A DNA stretch of 64,000 bases from a virus (lineage: Duplodnaviria; Caudoviricetes): IMG/VR virus record IMGVR_UViG_3300018430_000021, positions 128,001-192,000 of that record, one strand, 5' to 3'. Each line of letters starts with the position of its first letter. The first letter of the stretch is position 1. The notes below the pieces were generated by a model that was not told where the DNA came from, made no database searches, and was given only the letters and a program-made list of their open reading frames with translations. A program made the translations under genes and the position numbers. Positions 38,996-49,351 of the stretch are shown here, piece after piece.

Positions 38996-39790
38996 TTAGT
39001 CTTCCCATAATGCGATAGAGTCAAGTGAGCGTTTGTCGAGAACAGAGAACTTAAGCTTTGGCCAGTCGCGTCTACATTGAGCCGCACAGCTTCCGAGCAT
39101 ATAGATTCTCAAGATAATCGGATTGTTGAGAATAATCTGTTCTTCGTTCTTATTCATGTTGTTGATATGTGTATTGAGTTCTATCTTATGCTTCTTTAAT
39201 AATTCAATGCCCTTATTGATAAGGTAATTGGTTGCAAGCTTGATGTCTTCGGCCTTGCAGCTGTCAACGAACGAAGAGAAGTCGTTTGTTTCGATAACAG
39301 CTTTCTTGAAGAAATCGAAATCCTGAACTAACTGGTTCTTGCGGTCCGTAGTTAATCCGATATTATTGGAAGAGAACCATGTATCGATATTGTGATAATT
39401 CCAGAGGAACTTCTTGTACATTGTATATTTGAGTTCCTTGACAGAATCCTTGAAATTTACGGAATAGGTCAGGAAATTAATATATTCTGAATTGTCATCA
39501 TTGCTGATTGCATTATTGATATATTCCTGGAATGTCTGGGTACCTTCGACCTTGATAAGCACGTCCTGCTTATTTACCGGGTTATTTGTCGAGTTGTAGA
39601 TTGTATTGACATTCAAAGTAACCGGAATCTGCTTAGCCGTAGCGATACGCTTGAGGGTTTCGATAAGATTGAAATAATCCGTAGACACATAACCTACGGT
39701 AATGTTTTTACAAATCACGGAGCTCAATTCCTTCTTCGTAAAAGGAATCATTGGGCTATTTACATTAAAAACTTTGCTATTTAACATCAT
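38996..39790 (-). CDS. Hypothetical late protein (264 aa)
   Basis: ORF preceded by TATAAATA at 39793-39800; 3-nt gap to the wedge gene. Confidence 0.65.
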   Translation of the reverse strand: MMLNSKVFNVNSPMIPFTKKELSSVICKNITVGYVSTDYFNLIETLKRIATAKQIPVTLNVNTIYNSTNNPVNKQDVLIKVEGTQTFQEYINNAISNDDNSEYINFLTYSVNFKDSVKELKYTMYKKFLWNYHNIDTWFSSNNIGLTTDRKNQLVQDFDFFKKAVIETNDFSSFVDSCKAEDIKLATNYLINKGIELLKKHKIELNTHINNMNKNEEQIILNNPIILRIYMLGSCAAQCRRDWPKLKFSVLDKRSLDSIALWED

Positions 39791-39864
39791 TATATTTATA
39801 ATATAGAAAAGTGCAAATAAAATTTAGATAAAAAGAGAAAAACTGTTTAAATTTTTTAAAAATT

Positions 39865-39874
39865 TGCTATATTT
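39865..39874 (+). promoter_or_regulatory. Putative second-class (early/host-type) promoter -10 element TGCTATATTT
   Basis: CTATATTT core shared with 49771 and 54491, all upstream of non-structural genes. Confidence 0.5.
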
Positions 39875-39880
39875 AACAAT

Positions 39881-40327
39881 ATGAAAGCAGTAAGTTGTGG
39901 TGTAATTATAATCGATGAGAAGACACACATGCTCTTGGCATGTCATCCGTCCCATCATCCTTATATCTATGGTCATTGGGACATTCCTAAGGGCCATGTT
40001 GAACGATATGAGGAACATTATGAAACGGCATTGCGTGAATTATATGAAGAATCTGGAATTATTCTTAAGAAAGAGGATCTGTATGATTGCGGAATGTTCG
40101 AATATACAAAATATAAAGATTTGCATGTATATGTTGCTAAGACCTCGGTTGAATTGAGTAAGTTAAACTGTTGCACATATTTTAACGTTGACGGTATGGA
40201 CGTCAAGGAAGTCGATAACTATAAGTTGATTCCGTATACCGAAGTTGACCATTATTATCGAAGTCTACGGCCTATCGTTAAATACTGTCTAATTGACTAT
40301 ATCAAGTCTCAGAAGCCTGTCACCTGA
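39881..40327 (+). CDS. NUDIX hydrolase
   Basis: WDIPKGHVERYEEHYETALRELYEESGI Nudix box. Confidence 0.92.
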   Translation: MKAVSCGVIIIDEKTHMLLACHPSHHPYIYGHWDIPKGHVERYEEHYETALRELYEESGIILKKEDLYDCGMFEYTKYKDLHVYVAKTSVELSKLNCCTYFNVDGMDVKEVDNYKLIPYTEVDHYYRSLRPIVKYCLIDYIKSQKPVT

Positions 40328-40346
40328 CAGGTTTCTTTTATAAATA
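40310..40346 (+). terminator. Intrinsic terminator fused to a late promoter (40339-40346)
   Basis: agaagcctgtca-cc-tgacaggtttctttTATAAATAatgcATG. Confidence 0.75.
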
Positions 40347-40350
40347 ATGC

Positions 40351-40707
40351 ATGGCAACAATAGCTTCAAGAACAGAATATTTACAGAAAGTTTTGGTCGA
40401 CGGTATACTTCAGTATGACCTTTGTTCGCTTGATGCTGATGATTATGATTTCGGTAAGGAAAACTTCATAGTTGTCAGGGATAATGAAGAATGTAGACCA
40501 GACTTGATTTCTCTTAGAGCATACGGAACCATGAATTATTGGTGGTTCATTATGTGGTATAACGGCATTACTGATATTTGGAATGACTTGAAAAGAGATC
40601 CAGAAAAGCCGTTAATTTTGAAATACCCAGACTTGGAAGTTGTCCGCGATTTTTTGATAAGCATAAAGAAAGATAATAATAATCCTGAGGAACAAAATGA
40701 AGATTAA
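40351..40707 (+). CDS. gp53: Baseplate wedge protein, T4 gp53-like (LysM-like)
   Basis: ECRPDLISLRAYGTMNYWWFIMWYNGITD. Confidence 0.85.
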   Translation: MATIASRTEYLQKVLVDGILQYDLCSLDADDYDFGKENFIVVRDNEECRPDLISLRAYGTMNYWWFIMWYNGITDIWNDLKRDPEKPLILKYPDLEVVRDFLISIKKDNNNPEEQNED

Positions 40708-41167
40708 TTTTACGAATTATATTTCCGAGCTTAATGAAGCACAGATGATGACTATTCAGGATTTGCTTAATAACTTCAGAAAGGTTTTCCCGTATTCTGA
40801 TAAGGACCTTAGCGTTATTACTTTCCATGTTGACGGAAAAGATACGGAAGATATGGTTTGTACAGGAGTTGTTCAGTCTGAATTCGAAGAATTCGGTAAG
40901 TATAAGGTTGCTGTTAAATTCCATAGGGATGATATTGAACAGCCGTTCTCGGTAAAGAATATCGGTGAAGTTTTCTGTGAATGCAAGGCATTCCGTTATA
41001 ATACCGCATATCCGGATGTCCAGTCAAAGACATTCTTCGGTCAGATTCAGGGTTATAACCGTATTCCGAACCGTATAAGAAATCCGGAAAAAACACCGTC
41101 TGTTTGTAAGCATCTTTACAGTTTTTTAATATATTTGTACAATAAAGGATTAATTAAAAATAATTAG
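40697..41167 (+). CDS. SWIM zinc-finger protein
   Basis: VFCECKAFRY...VCKHL (CxC...CxH). Confidence 0.8.
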   Translation: MKINFTNYISELNEAQMMTIQDLLNNFRKVFPYSDKDLSVITFHVDGKDTEDMVCTGVVQSEFEEFGKYKVAVKFHRDDIEQPFSVKNIGEVFCECKAFRYNTAYPDVQSKTFFGQIQGYNRIPNRIRNPEKTPSVCKHLYSFLIYLYNKGLIKNN

Positions 41168-41174
41168 GAGTTAT

Positions 41175-41666
41175 ATGACTGCACGTGAAGTGACATTAAG
41201 TAATTTTCAGTTAAAGCAGGTTTTTGAAAACCTTTCAAAGAAAATCAACGAACCGGGTGAAGCACCGAAGTATTCTTGGTTCATTTTTAAGACATGCGAA
41301 GTTCTTGCTGAACCGTATGCCAAGATGATGAACGAGCTTTATGACGAACGTCGTGAACCGGATTATTCAGCATTTGATGCTGAACAGAAGAAACTTGTTC
41401 AGAAGTATGCCGACCGTGATGAACAGAATACGATTATCACCGATGATACAGGTCGTCCGGTTATTCGCGAAAACATCGTCGAATTTAGTGAAGAAAATTC
41501 AAAGCTTCTTGAAAAGTACCCGACATTAAATGAAAACTGGAAGAATAAGGAAAAGCATAATTTTGAAGTTCTTCAGAAACGTCAGACTTACAATTTGACA
41601 TGCCTTGAACTAAGTGAGTTCCCGCCGAAGACTCCTCCGTTTATTGTTGGCGTATTCGGATATTAA
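41175..41666 (+). CDS. Hypothetical protein (163 aa)
   Basis: ORF with AGGAG SD and typical codon usage. Confidence 0.65.
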   Translation: MTAREVTLSNFQLKQVFENLSKKINEPGEAPKYSWFIFKTCEVLAEPYAKMMNELYDERREPDYSAFDAEQKKLVQKYADRDEQNTIITDDTGRPVIRENIVEFSEENSKLLEKYPTLNENWKNKEKHNFEVLQKRQTYNLTCLELSEFPPKTPPFIVGVFGY

Positions 41667-41688
41667 TACTTCTGAAATAATTAAATTG

Positions 41689-41724
41689 GAAACCGGTCTA
41701 GGCCGGTTTTCTTTTTTATAAATA
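41689..41724 (+). terminator. Intrinsic terminator fused to a late promoter (41717-41724)
   Basis: gaaaccggtc-ta-ggccggttttcttttTATAAATA. Confidence 0.75.
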
Positions 41725-41731
41725 TAGAAGT

Positions 41732-43309
41732 ATGAGTGCAATCGATGTTACACGTGCAAATAGAAACGCTACCCAGATTAACGATATAGCTAAAGCTGCC
41801 AATACCCAGCTTGGTAGTTATACTGCTATAACTAATGCTCTTAAAGAATTTAATAAGCAGGCAAAAGAGAATTCAAAGAATTCTACAGGCCAATCGAAGG
41901 CTATATCTTCGATGCAGACTGCATTGACTACACAGACCGGAATTCTTCAAGAGATTCTTAAAGTTTTGAAATCTGGTGTTGCGACTACTGGTACAGGTAC
42001 GAAGGCATTATCTGTAAACGGTCAACAAAAAGAAATGGCCGAAGCCGTTAAGAAGAGTAATCAGGTAAAAGGAAAAGTCGGAGGAGAATTAAAAATAGCT
42101 CCGTCTTCTATTCAACAGATTGCAACATTGACTTCTAGGGCTAATACGAAAGCAATGGAAGCTTCTACTAAAAAGCAAGCACAAGCTATTAGAACACAGA
42201 AGATTGCACAGTCGTTTGTAACGCCGAAAGCAAAGGAAAAAGTACAAACTGTATCGAAATCCAGCGGTAATCTTTTTGGAAGTTTAAGTAAATTGCTACC
42301 TAGATTATTGGTAGGTCTTAAAAAAATCTTATTTGCTGTATTTTCACCGGCAGCATTAATCGGTATGATTGTATCTCGATTCTTGCCGTATATTATTCTC
42401 GGTATCGCGTTCTTGTATGGATTATGGCAAGGTATAAAGGACCATCTTACTCAAATCTGGGATGACTTGCCGGATATAATTTGGGACGGTTTGAAATTAG
42501 CCGGCAAGATTTTATGGGAAGGAATTCTTTTTGTCGGTGATGTTATTTGGAAAGGTATAGATTTAATTGGTGAAATTCTTGCCAAAATAATGTTTAAGAT
42601 TTATGAAAACTTTGGCGAATGGTGGGCACAATTTAAGGAAGTTGTAAGCTTTGGCTGGAACTGGTTAAAAGAAGCATTTACAAATTGGTTTGATAAGGCT
42701 GTAGCTGTTTTCAAATTCGGTATAGACTGGGTAAAGGGGACATTCTCCGAAATGGCAGTCGACCTCAAGAATTCTGTTTTGGGATTTTTCAAGGGTATTG
42801 GAGATTATATCTCCAACTTTTTCGGCGGTATAAAAGACAAGATCGGTAATACTTGGCTTGGTAAGAAACTTGGTTTTGGTTCGTCACCGGAAACCGTAAA
42901 TACCACTACGAATGTAACCAATACAACGAATAATAAAACCGATTCTAATGCTGATGCGTTTAAGATGATGACTAAGGAGATTACCGCTCCGATGAATCAA
43001 ATGACTCGTCTTATAGAAAATCAGGATAAGTTGTTAAGAGAGATGAACATGACACCGGTTGTTCAGAATGCTAGTTTCAATACTAATATGACACCGGTTA
43101 ATGGAACAAATATCACTATTACACCGAATGACAATATTGCATCTACACTTGTAAGACAGACAACAAATATCACGAATATGCAGACTACAAATAACAAGGA
43201 ACTTGCTAACGCATTCTCTGCAGGTGTAGATAGATTGGTTACTACATTGAATGATAACTATCAGGCAAGCTTGATGGAAAAGAATCCACCAGTTACAACA
43301 GCGGGGTAA
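41732..43309 (+). CDS. Tape-measure-like / gp29-like tail protein
   Basis: Helical Q/A/K-rich N-terminus, hydrophobic segment, periodic Trp/Phe 11-residue repeats (IWDGLKLAGKILWEGILFVGDVIWKG). Confidence 0.6.
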   Translation: MSAIDVTRANRNATQINDIAKAANTQLGSYTAITNALKEFNKQAKENSKNSTGQSKAISSMQTALTTQTGILQEILKVLKSGVATTGTGTKALSVNGQQKEMAEAVKKSNQVKGKVGGELKIAPSSIQQIATLTSRANTKAMEASTKKQAQAIRTQKIAQSFVTPKAKEKVQTVSKSSGNLFGSLSKLLPRLLVGLKKILFAVFSPAALIGMIVSRFLPYIILGIAFLYGLWQGIKDHLTQIWDDLPDIIWDGLKLAGKILWEGILFVGDVIWKGIDLIGEILAKIMFKIYENFGEWWAQFKEVVSFGWNWLKEAFTNWFDKAVAVFKFGIDWVKGTFSEMAVDLKNSVLGFFKGIGDYISNFFGGIKDKIGNTWLGKKLGFGSSPETVNTTTNVTNTTNNKTDSNADAFKMMTKEITAPMNQMTRLIENQDKLLREMNMTPVVQNASFNTNMTPVNGTNITITPNDNIASTLVRQTTNITNMQTTNNKELANAFSAGVDRLVTTLNDNYQASLMEKNPPVTTAG

Positions 43310-43312
43310 TGA

Positions 43313-44365
43313 ATGCCGTTTAGCGTATATAATTCTACAGGCTTGACAACTAATCAGCTTGGGTCGGAATCTCCGGCCTTTGCTTCTAGGTTTTTCTCTT
43401 TACAAGAACGTACCGGTACTCAGGATTTAATTGATAAAAAGACATCGATTTCTACAAAATATAATATTACCGGTATAGCAATGGAAACGCCACAAATTAG
43501 TTATTCTACTACTTTGGGCATTGCTCCGCATGTTTCTTTGGCTAACAAGGTTAATGACTTATTTAAGAACGACTTATTTAAGTTGATGGCATCTTCTAAC
43601 CGCGAATATAAGCCGCTGTTGCTTACAGACGGTTGGTCACAACAATATCCTAAAGAAGGTGCGAAGGTTTCTGTCAATTTGCATTTTCGTGCTTATCCCA
43701 CAGAGATGTATAATACTACCGATTATTTTACAATTTTTAAAATGCTCTTCTATTGTTCTGCTCCTAAGAAATATGGTTTTGGAAATAATGTTACAATTCT
43801 TGACCAGGCCATAACTACAGCTGCAGAAAAGGGACTTTTGGCAGGTGACATTATCGGAAATATGCTTATTGATTTTAACGAGTTACGTAAGCGTACTAAC
43901 GGTTTTTCACAAGCAGATAAAGACGCATTTGCTGATGCATTAAACCAATTTGACAACGAACTGGATGCACAAAAAGAAATTAGCGATAAGCTAAACTATG
44001 TTAACAATTATCGCCTTAAAGCAACGGATCCTAAACAACGACTTATTGAATCCGCTGCATATCTTGTAGCTGCTGTAGAAACATTTGCGGGAAATACTGA
44101 AACCGCATGTCCTCGTTTTACGATGAGTTACGGTAATTTGTTCCAGGCAGGTACGTACAATTATTGGATAATTGATAATTGGTCTTGTAAACCGAGCGTA
44201 AATACAACAATATTATCGGACGGTAGGATTTGCCCGATATATGTTGATTTTACTATAAACATAAGAACTGCTGGTAAGGTCGGTACAACAGATTTGGCTA
44301 GTATGCTTATGGGAACTTCTAATAATATTGCAAAGACTGAAATTAAAACCCAATTAAATTCTTAA
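43313..44365 (+). CDS. Baseplate/tail-tube-cap-like protein (gp48-like), paralog A
   Basis: PQISYS...VNLHFRAY...IDNWSCKPS...PIYVDFTI; similar to the convergent neighbour. Confidence 0.45.
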   Translation: MPFSVYNSTGLTTNQLGSESPAFASRFFSLQERTGTQDLIDKKTSISTKYNITGIAMETPQISYSTTLGIAPHVSLANKVNDLFKNDLFKLMASSNREYKPLLLTDGWSQQYPKEGAKVSVNLHFRAYPTEMYNTTDYFTIFKMLFYCSAPKKYGFGNNVTILDQAITTAAEKGLLAGDIIGNMLIDFNELRKRTNGFSQADKDAFADALNQFDNELDAQKEISDKLNYVNNYRLKATDPKQRLIESAAYLVAAVETFAGNTETACPRFTMSYGNLFQAGTYNYWIIDNWSCKPSVNTTILSDGRICPIYVDFTINIRTAGKVGTTDLASMLMGTSNNIAKTEIKTQLNS

Positions 44366-45658
44366 TTCAGTTCTTAATACTTCATTCCATTGGTCAATCG
44401 AATATGTCTGGTCGAGAGAACAGGTTAATTCGAATTGGTAATAAACGGGTCTCTGAATAAAATTAACTTCAGAACCGTTTACTACTTTTATGGTATTAAT
44501 TTCTTGCGAAGGCTTGACGGTCCAGTCTTTGACAAAAACAGTCAACGGACGTTTGAAAAGGAAATTATCATACAAGTATAATGCCCATAATTTTTCGCCT
44601 AGCGCATTTACACGATTGAATTCACCGAATACGCGAGTAGAACTGAAACGCAAAGACATAATATCAGATATATTAGAAGCAATATCTCCTATTTTACCGG
44701 TAAGCTCATGGAAAGATTGCATTGACTTTTTCAAGGCTTCTTGTTTTTGTCTTAACGGTGTTTGTGTTTCTGCCGCTGTTGTTGCTTTTTTATCTTTTTC
44801 CTTTTTAGCAGCTTCGGTATTCTTTTTGGTTTTATTAGTCATGTCAATACTTTCATAGGCTGAGAATAATGCTTGACCAACGCCCATGGTATTTACGACA
44901 CCAGAAACAATATTTTGAACTTGGTTTCTGATACTTGACTGGTTTCCGGTATATGGTGAAGCATACATGGACAACGCTTTTATCCAAACATCCGGATCTG
45001 TTTGACCGAGAGTATCTGCTGTATAAATTTTGAATTTGAGTTTTATCTCGCTGGCCTTTACACCGCTCCAAAGGTCATTAGTCAATGTACCTGTTTTTAA
45101 GATATTCTTGAAGGAACTATCTGCCGTACCCAATGCCGCACAAGCATTGAATATGTCATTACTTATAAAATTGGAAATTGTATCTTGTGCAGTCTCGCCC
45201 GGACCTTCTGTAAACTCATAAGAAAAAGAAATCTCTGGAAGTTCTTCGAGCAACGCCGATAACATTACATAATAAGTATCGTGTTTGTCAACTACTGATT
45301 CTTTAACCAATCCTACAAAGTCAGAGAATTTTACTGCTGTAGATTCTTTCTTTTGTTCATCTGAAAGCTTATATTCTTTTACGTTATAAAGCTGATTGAT
45401 AAAGTCCGTAGCGTCAAAAGTTACAAGGTGAATGCAAGAATTACCGATACCGGCATTTGAAGTTTCATGACTGAAGTTCTGACCAAATCCATAGTTTTGG
45501 TTTGTTGTATATCCGAAAACTTCGTTAAACGACTGTACTTCTGCATTGTTTTTTGCACTGTTTTTTGCATTTTGTGAAGAATTATATGCAGCAGTACCAC
45601 CGGTATTAGAACCGTTGGTACCTACATTGCCTTGTAACATTGCCGGTTGTTGTGACAT
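44354..45658 (-). CDS. Baseplate/tail-tube-cap-like protein (gp48-like), paralog B
   Basis: PEISFS...IKLKFKIY...VKDWTVKPS...PVYYQFEL. Confidence 0.45.
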   Translation of the reverse strand: MSQQPAMLQGNVGTNGSNTGGTAAYNSSQNAKNSAKNNAEVQSFNEVFGYTTNQNYGFGQNFSHETSNAGIGNSCIHLVTFDATDFINQLYNVKEYKLSDEQKKESTAVKFSDFVGLVKESVVDKHDTYYVMLSALLEELPEISFSYEFTEGPGETAQDTISNFISNDIFNACAALGTADSSFKNILKTGTLTNDLWSGVKASEIKLKFKIYTADTLGQTDPDVWIKALSMYASPYTGNQSSIRNQVQNIVSGVVNTMGVGQALFSAYESIDMTNKTKKNTEAAKKEKDKKATTAAETQTPLRQKQEALKKSMQSFHELTGKIGDIASNISDIMSLRFSSTRVFGEFNRVNALGEKLWALYLYDNFLFKRPLTVFVKDWTVKPSQEINTIKVVNGSEVNFIQRPVYYQFELTCSLDQTYSIDQWNEVLRTELRI

Positions 45659-45671
45659 ATTTTAATTATTC

Positions 45672-48600
45672 CTAGTGTTCAACCAAATCATCAACAGAAA
45701 CTTGGTCATCAACTTCAAAACTGATATTATTTGTATTTATATATTCTGAAGAAGAATATGAATATACAGCTTTTTCAAAATATAATGTTTCTGGTTGGAG
45801 ATTGTCTGGGTAATCACCACTACCGCCACAAAGAGGACATGGTTTGGTTTCATCTTCTGGGTCAATACCAGTACCATTACAAGTAGTACATCTGGTATCA
45901 ACTAATTGGCCATTTTCTTCATTGTGAATATGCGCATAAGACGGTAATTTTTCACAGTTTATATCTATTCTTTCGAGGTCCTGATGTTTGCCTACGACAT
46001 TATGTTTATTTTCTATAAATGTATTAAATTTATTAAATGTCATGTCATTTAACAAATTTGAGTATACCCAGGATTTATCGAAATAAATTCTTTGAACACG
46101 TGCATTTGCAAAATTTGTATCTTCAGTTTTAACGTCAGTTTCAGTAATCACGTAAAAGCCTATCATATTGTCAACATCTGTAGGATCTGAAATTACTCGA
46201 TATAATACAGTATTGTCAGTAAAAGTACCTTTATCTCTATCCCATGTTTTTCTATCAACGGTTTTTGTAGAGTAGATATAGTTATAACCGTAATCTACTT
46301 TGATATGGTCGTTTCCAGCATAATAGTAATATGATGTGAAATTACCGTTAAGGATATAGAAGACGGTATTGTTGATAGCCATATTGTAATATTCGTAATA
46401 CTTGTCGAAATCCAATTCAGTTCCTTGAACAGGAACATTATAATACTTACGAATTAAATAGTTGAGATATGGTTCTTCAAGTGTAGAACCTTTTTCTTTG
46501 ACCTTGTTTGTCAATATTCGGTTTTTAATATTAAGTGTGTCAAGCTTAGAAAGACTTTCAATATCAACCGGGTTTTTACCATTGTATTCCGTTAAGTTCT
46601 TAAACTCTAGAGCGTTATAGTAATAATAACGAACCATAGATTTTGTACCGGCACAGATACGGCAACGGTTTGCACAGCTAATACCTTGTTCATGGTCAAT
46701 ATTGTTAATATCCGGACAGGTATAACGTACTAAGATTTCTGGACCTTTGGAAGCATCATTAGGATTATAATTTGGATTCTTATTATAATCGTACATGCTA
46801 AGCTTACGTTTACCATTACAGAAATCACATTTTATGTTAGTATCGCCCTGACATATTGGACAAGTGAAGTAATCATCACGGGAATCCTGTTTTGTATAGA
46901 TAGAGCGGAGTTTTCTTTGATACATTAGATTCAGGAATCCTTTATATTTTTTCTGAGATTCTATTGTATCTGGAATAAGAGTAAGACCATTATCAGTAGG
47001 TTCGCGATCCATTAATTCATTATGGTACTTATAGAAAATATAGTTTTCTATAGAGGTATCAAACTTATTCTGATAATAGTTAAATATTCCTTCAGGATAA
47101 TTATTATAGTTATATTCAATTTTAGGCAACAAGTTTATGTTTGTATTGACTAAGCTATCAGTTTTAAAAGAAACTTGTTGTATGTTGGATAATACAGTTA
47201 CTTCAACAGTAATATCCATAGCAGAGACATCATATGGATTTATCTCAGGATTTTCTGAGTCACTAATTGAAAAATAGATACGCTTATTTTTAAACGGTAT
47301 ATCAATTTCGTCGATTGTTACTACACCACGGTCAATAAGCTCATAATCAGTTATATTAATTGATGTTGGCCAGACATAGCTTATATTACCATCATCGTCA
47401 ATATATATGGATTTAAATACGTCCCTTGCATCCATCTGGATTGGTCTACTAAGAAGTCGATGTTCTGTAGTAAACGTATTTCCATCGTCATCAATATCAC
47501 CATAAGTGATGTTTAAAGTAAAAACTGTAAGATATGCATCATATGGAGAAGCGTGTTTGTTTATTTTGTCTTCAGGTATGGTGATATGGAAATTAAAACA
47601 AAGATTTAAAATTTTTGTATAATTGTTAATAATTAATCCAGGGGTAGAATTAAAGTCACCAGCACGTTGTACATTGTCGCCATAACCGTTTCTAAACTCA
47701 TACGTACTATTATTTGATGCATTTGAAAGTTGTAAATGTTTCGACATTTCCAAGTTCGTTATACGATCTATACCATAAAAATAATCTATTGGATATACCG
47801 GAATTTTGTTTTCATTACCGGTAGGTTCAACCTCTGGAACAGGATCTTCTGGTTTAATTACAGCAGCATCTAATGGACTGTGGTTGGACGCAGTTTTTTG
47901 AGCTAAAATATTTTTGAAGGTAAGATTGTTGTTTTTATATAAATCTACTTCAAATGGTTTACTTGTTTCAGAAATATACAATGTATTATTGTCAAACGGG
48001 AATATCGGTAGATTTTTGTCTTTACGACAAATAAAATTCCAAATTTTATCCGTGTTTGAAATATCGGTATATGTTTCAACTAACGGCGTATGAATTGTCG
48101 CCGCATTTGTTTCAACTTCACCACAATGCTTTAAAAAGTTTTTAATACCGCCAAGTTGATACATTAAACCAGAATCATAATATTCTGGCTCTACTTGAAT
48201 TTGCATTGAACCGGATTCATGATGCGATGATAACTGATAATCACTTACGCCAAGACGATTGTAATCGTCTGGGATATTTTTTTGTGGTGCCTCGTATGGA
48301 ATCCAAAATGCATATGCTTTTAATGGTATGAGTTTTCCATCCTTATCAACATAGTTAGTTTGATAAAAACGAAAACCACTAATTATCCATTTGGTAGTTG
48401 GTTTATCGGTATCATAATCCTTTTCAACATTCTTAGTAAATATAGGAATTGCGAATATACGGTTACTTAAATCCGTTTGTTCATTAATGGGTTTACCTTC
48501 ATTTTCAGCTTTGGTTTTTTCAATAAGTTCATAAACCGCTTCAAGTGAATTTAATGGTCTATAGGTTTTAGGATCTCTATATAATTCTATATTAAAATCG

Positions 48601-49331
48601 GTAACTTTTTGTGGTTCTTTGTAGTAACCATTATCAACATTTATATAGAATTCATAAAGCATCAACCAACCGCCCTTAACAAGTTCAGTTACGGTATTTA
48701 ATTTTCCAGAACCATTACATTTTGGACATACGGTTTTAACTTCTATGTTCGGCGCAGGAATATAGGTATTGTCATTTCCTTTCGGGATTGCGACTGTTGT
48801 AGTAATGGTACCATTCTTACAAGGATTACCAGCATTATCAACATAATCACACGGTTCAGTTCCGGTAACAGTATATTCTGGTGCATAAAATTCAAGAGCA
48901 TTACCGTTATAGGATTTTGCTTTAAAATAAACAGTTCTATCGCTATCGTCAGATGACATATCATCATAATATTTGAGAGTTAACCATGGCAATATGCTCT
49001 GAAGATTTGTATCGCCAATATCGTCAGTATAGTTATAGACTGTAATAAATCTGTCGTAAGTACAGGTCTTGCATTCTACAAGGTGACAACAGAAATAGAC
49101 GAGAACTTGTTTTCTGTCTTTGAAAAGAATCTTAATCCATGCAGTACCAGTACCGACCGTATCTGGATCCGGCTTCGGGTATTGGTTTCCATATTCATCT
49201 CTGGCAGTCGGGTCCCATTTTGGAACAATATGGTTTTCAGTTTCATAATTGGCACCGACACTATCTAGGCGCCAGAGGATATTGTAGTATGCGTCTTCTA
49301 AACTTGTATTTATCTTATGCTTTATGACCAT
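45672..49331 (-). CDS. Large late protein with several DnaJ-type CxxCxGxG zinc-finger motifs
   Basis: CPKCNGSG, CPICQG..CDFCNG, CRICAG, CTTCNGTG..CPLCGGSG. Confidence 0.7.
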   Translation of the reverse strand: MVIKHKINTSLEDAYYNILWRLDSVGANYETENHIVPKWDPTARDEYGNQYPKPDPDTVGTGTAWIKILFKDRKQVLVYFCCHLVECKTCTYDRFITVYNYTDDIGDTNLQSILPWLTLKYYDDMSSDDSDRTVYFKAKSYNGNALEFYAPEYTVTGTEPCDYVDNAGNPCKNGTITTTVAIPKGNDNTYIPAPNIEVKTVCPKCNGSGKLNTVTELVKGGWLMLYEFYINVDNGYYKEPQKVTDFNIELYRDPKTYRPLNSLEAVYELIEKTKAENEGKPINEQTDLSNRIFAIPIFTKNVEKDYDTDKPTTKWIISGFRFYQTNYVDKDGKLIPLKAYAFWIPYEAPQKNIPDDYNRLGVSDYQLSSHHESGSMQIQVEPEYYDSGLMYQLGGIKNFLKHCGEVETNAATIHTPLVETYTDISNTDKIWNFICRKDKNLPIFPFDNNTLYISETSKPFEVDLYKNNNLTFKNILAQKTASNHSPLDAAVIKPEDPVPEVEPTGNENKIPVYPIDYFYGIDRITNLEMSKHLQLSNASNNSTYEFRNGYGDNVQRAGDFNSTPGLIINNYTKILNLCFNFHITIPEDKINKHASPYDAYLTVFTLNITYGDIDDDGNTFTTEHRLLSRPIQMDARDVFKSIYIDDDGNISYVWPTSINITDYELIDRGVVTIDEIDIPFKNKRIYFSISDSENPEINPYDVSAMDITVEVTVLSNIQQVSFKTDSLVNTNINLLPKIEYNYNNYPEGIFNYYQNKFDTSIENYIFYKYHNELMDREPTDNGLTLIPDTIESQKKYKGFLNLMYQRKLRSIYTKQDSRDDYFTCPICQGDTNIKCDFCNGKRKLSMYDYNKNPNYNPNDASKGPEILVRYTCPDINNIDHEQGISCANRCRICAGTKSMVRYYYYNALEFKNLTEYNGKNPVDIESLSKLDTLNIKNRILTNKVKEKGSTLEEPYLNYLIRKYYNVPVQGTELDFDKYYEYYNMAINNTVFYILNGNFTSYYYYAGNDHIKVDYGYNYIYSTKTVDRKTWDRDKGTFTDNTVLYRVISDPTDVDNMIGFYVITETDVKTEDTNFANARVQRIYFDKSWVYSNLLNDMTFNKFNTFIENKHNVVGKHQDLERIDINCEKLPSYAHIHNEENGQLVDTRCTTCNGTGIDPEDETKPCPLCGGSGDYPDNLQPETLYFEKAVYSYSSSEYINTNNISFEVDDQVSVDDLVEH

Positions 49332-49335
49332 ACAT

Positions 49336-49347
49336 TATTTATAAATA
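49336..49347. promoter_or_regulatory. Palindromic bidirectional late promoter serving two probable leaderless genes
   Basis: CAT-acat-TATTTATAAATA-aggt-ATG. Confidence 0.85.
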
Positions 49348-49351
49348 AGGT

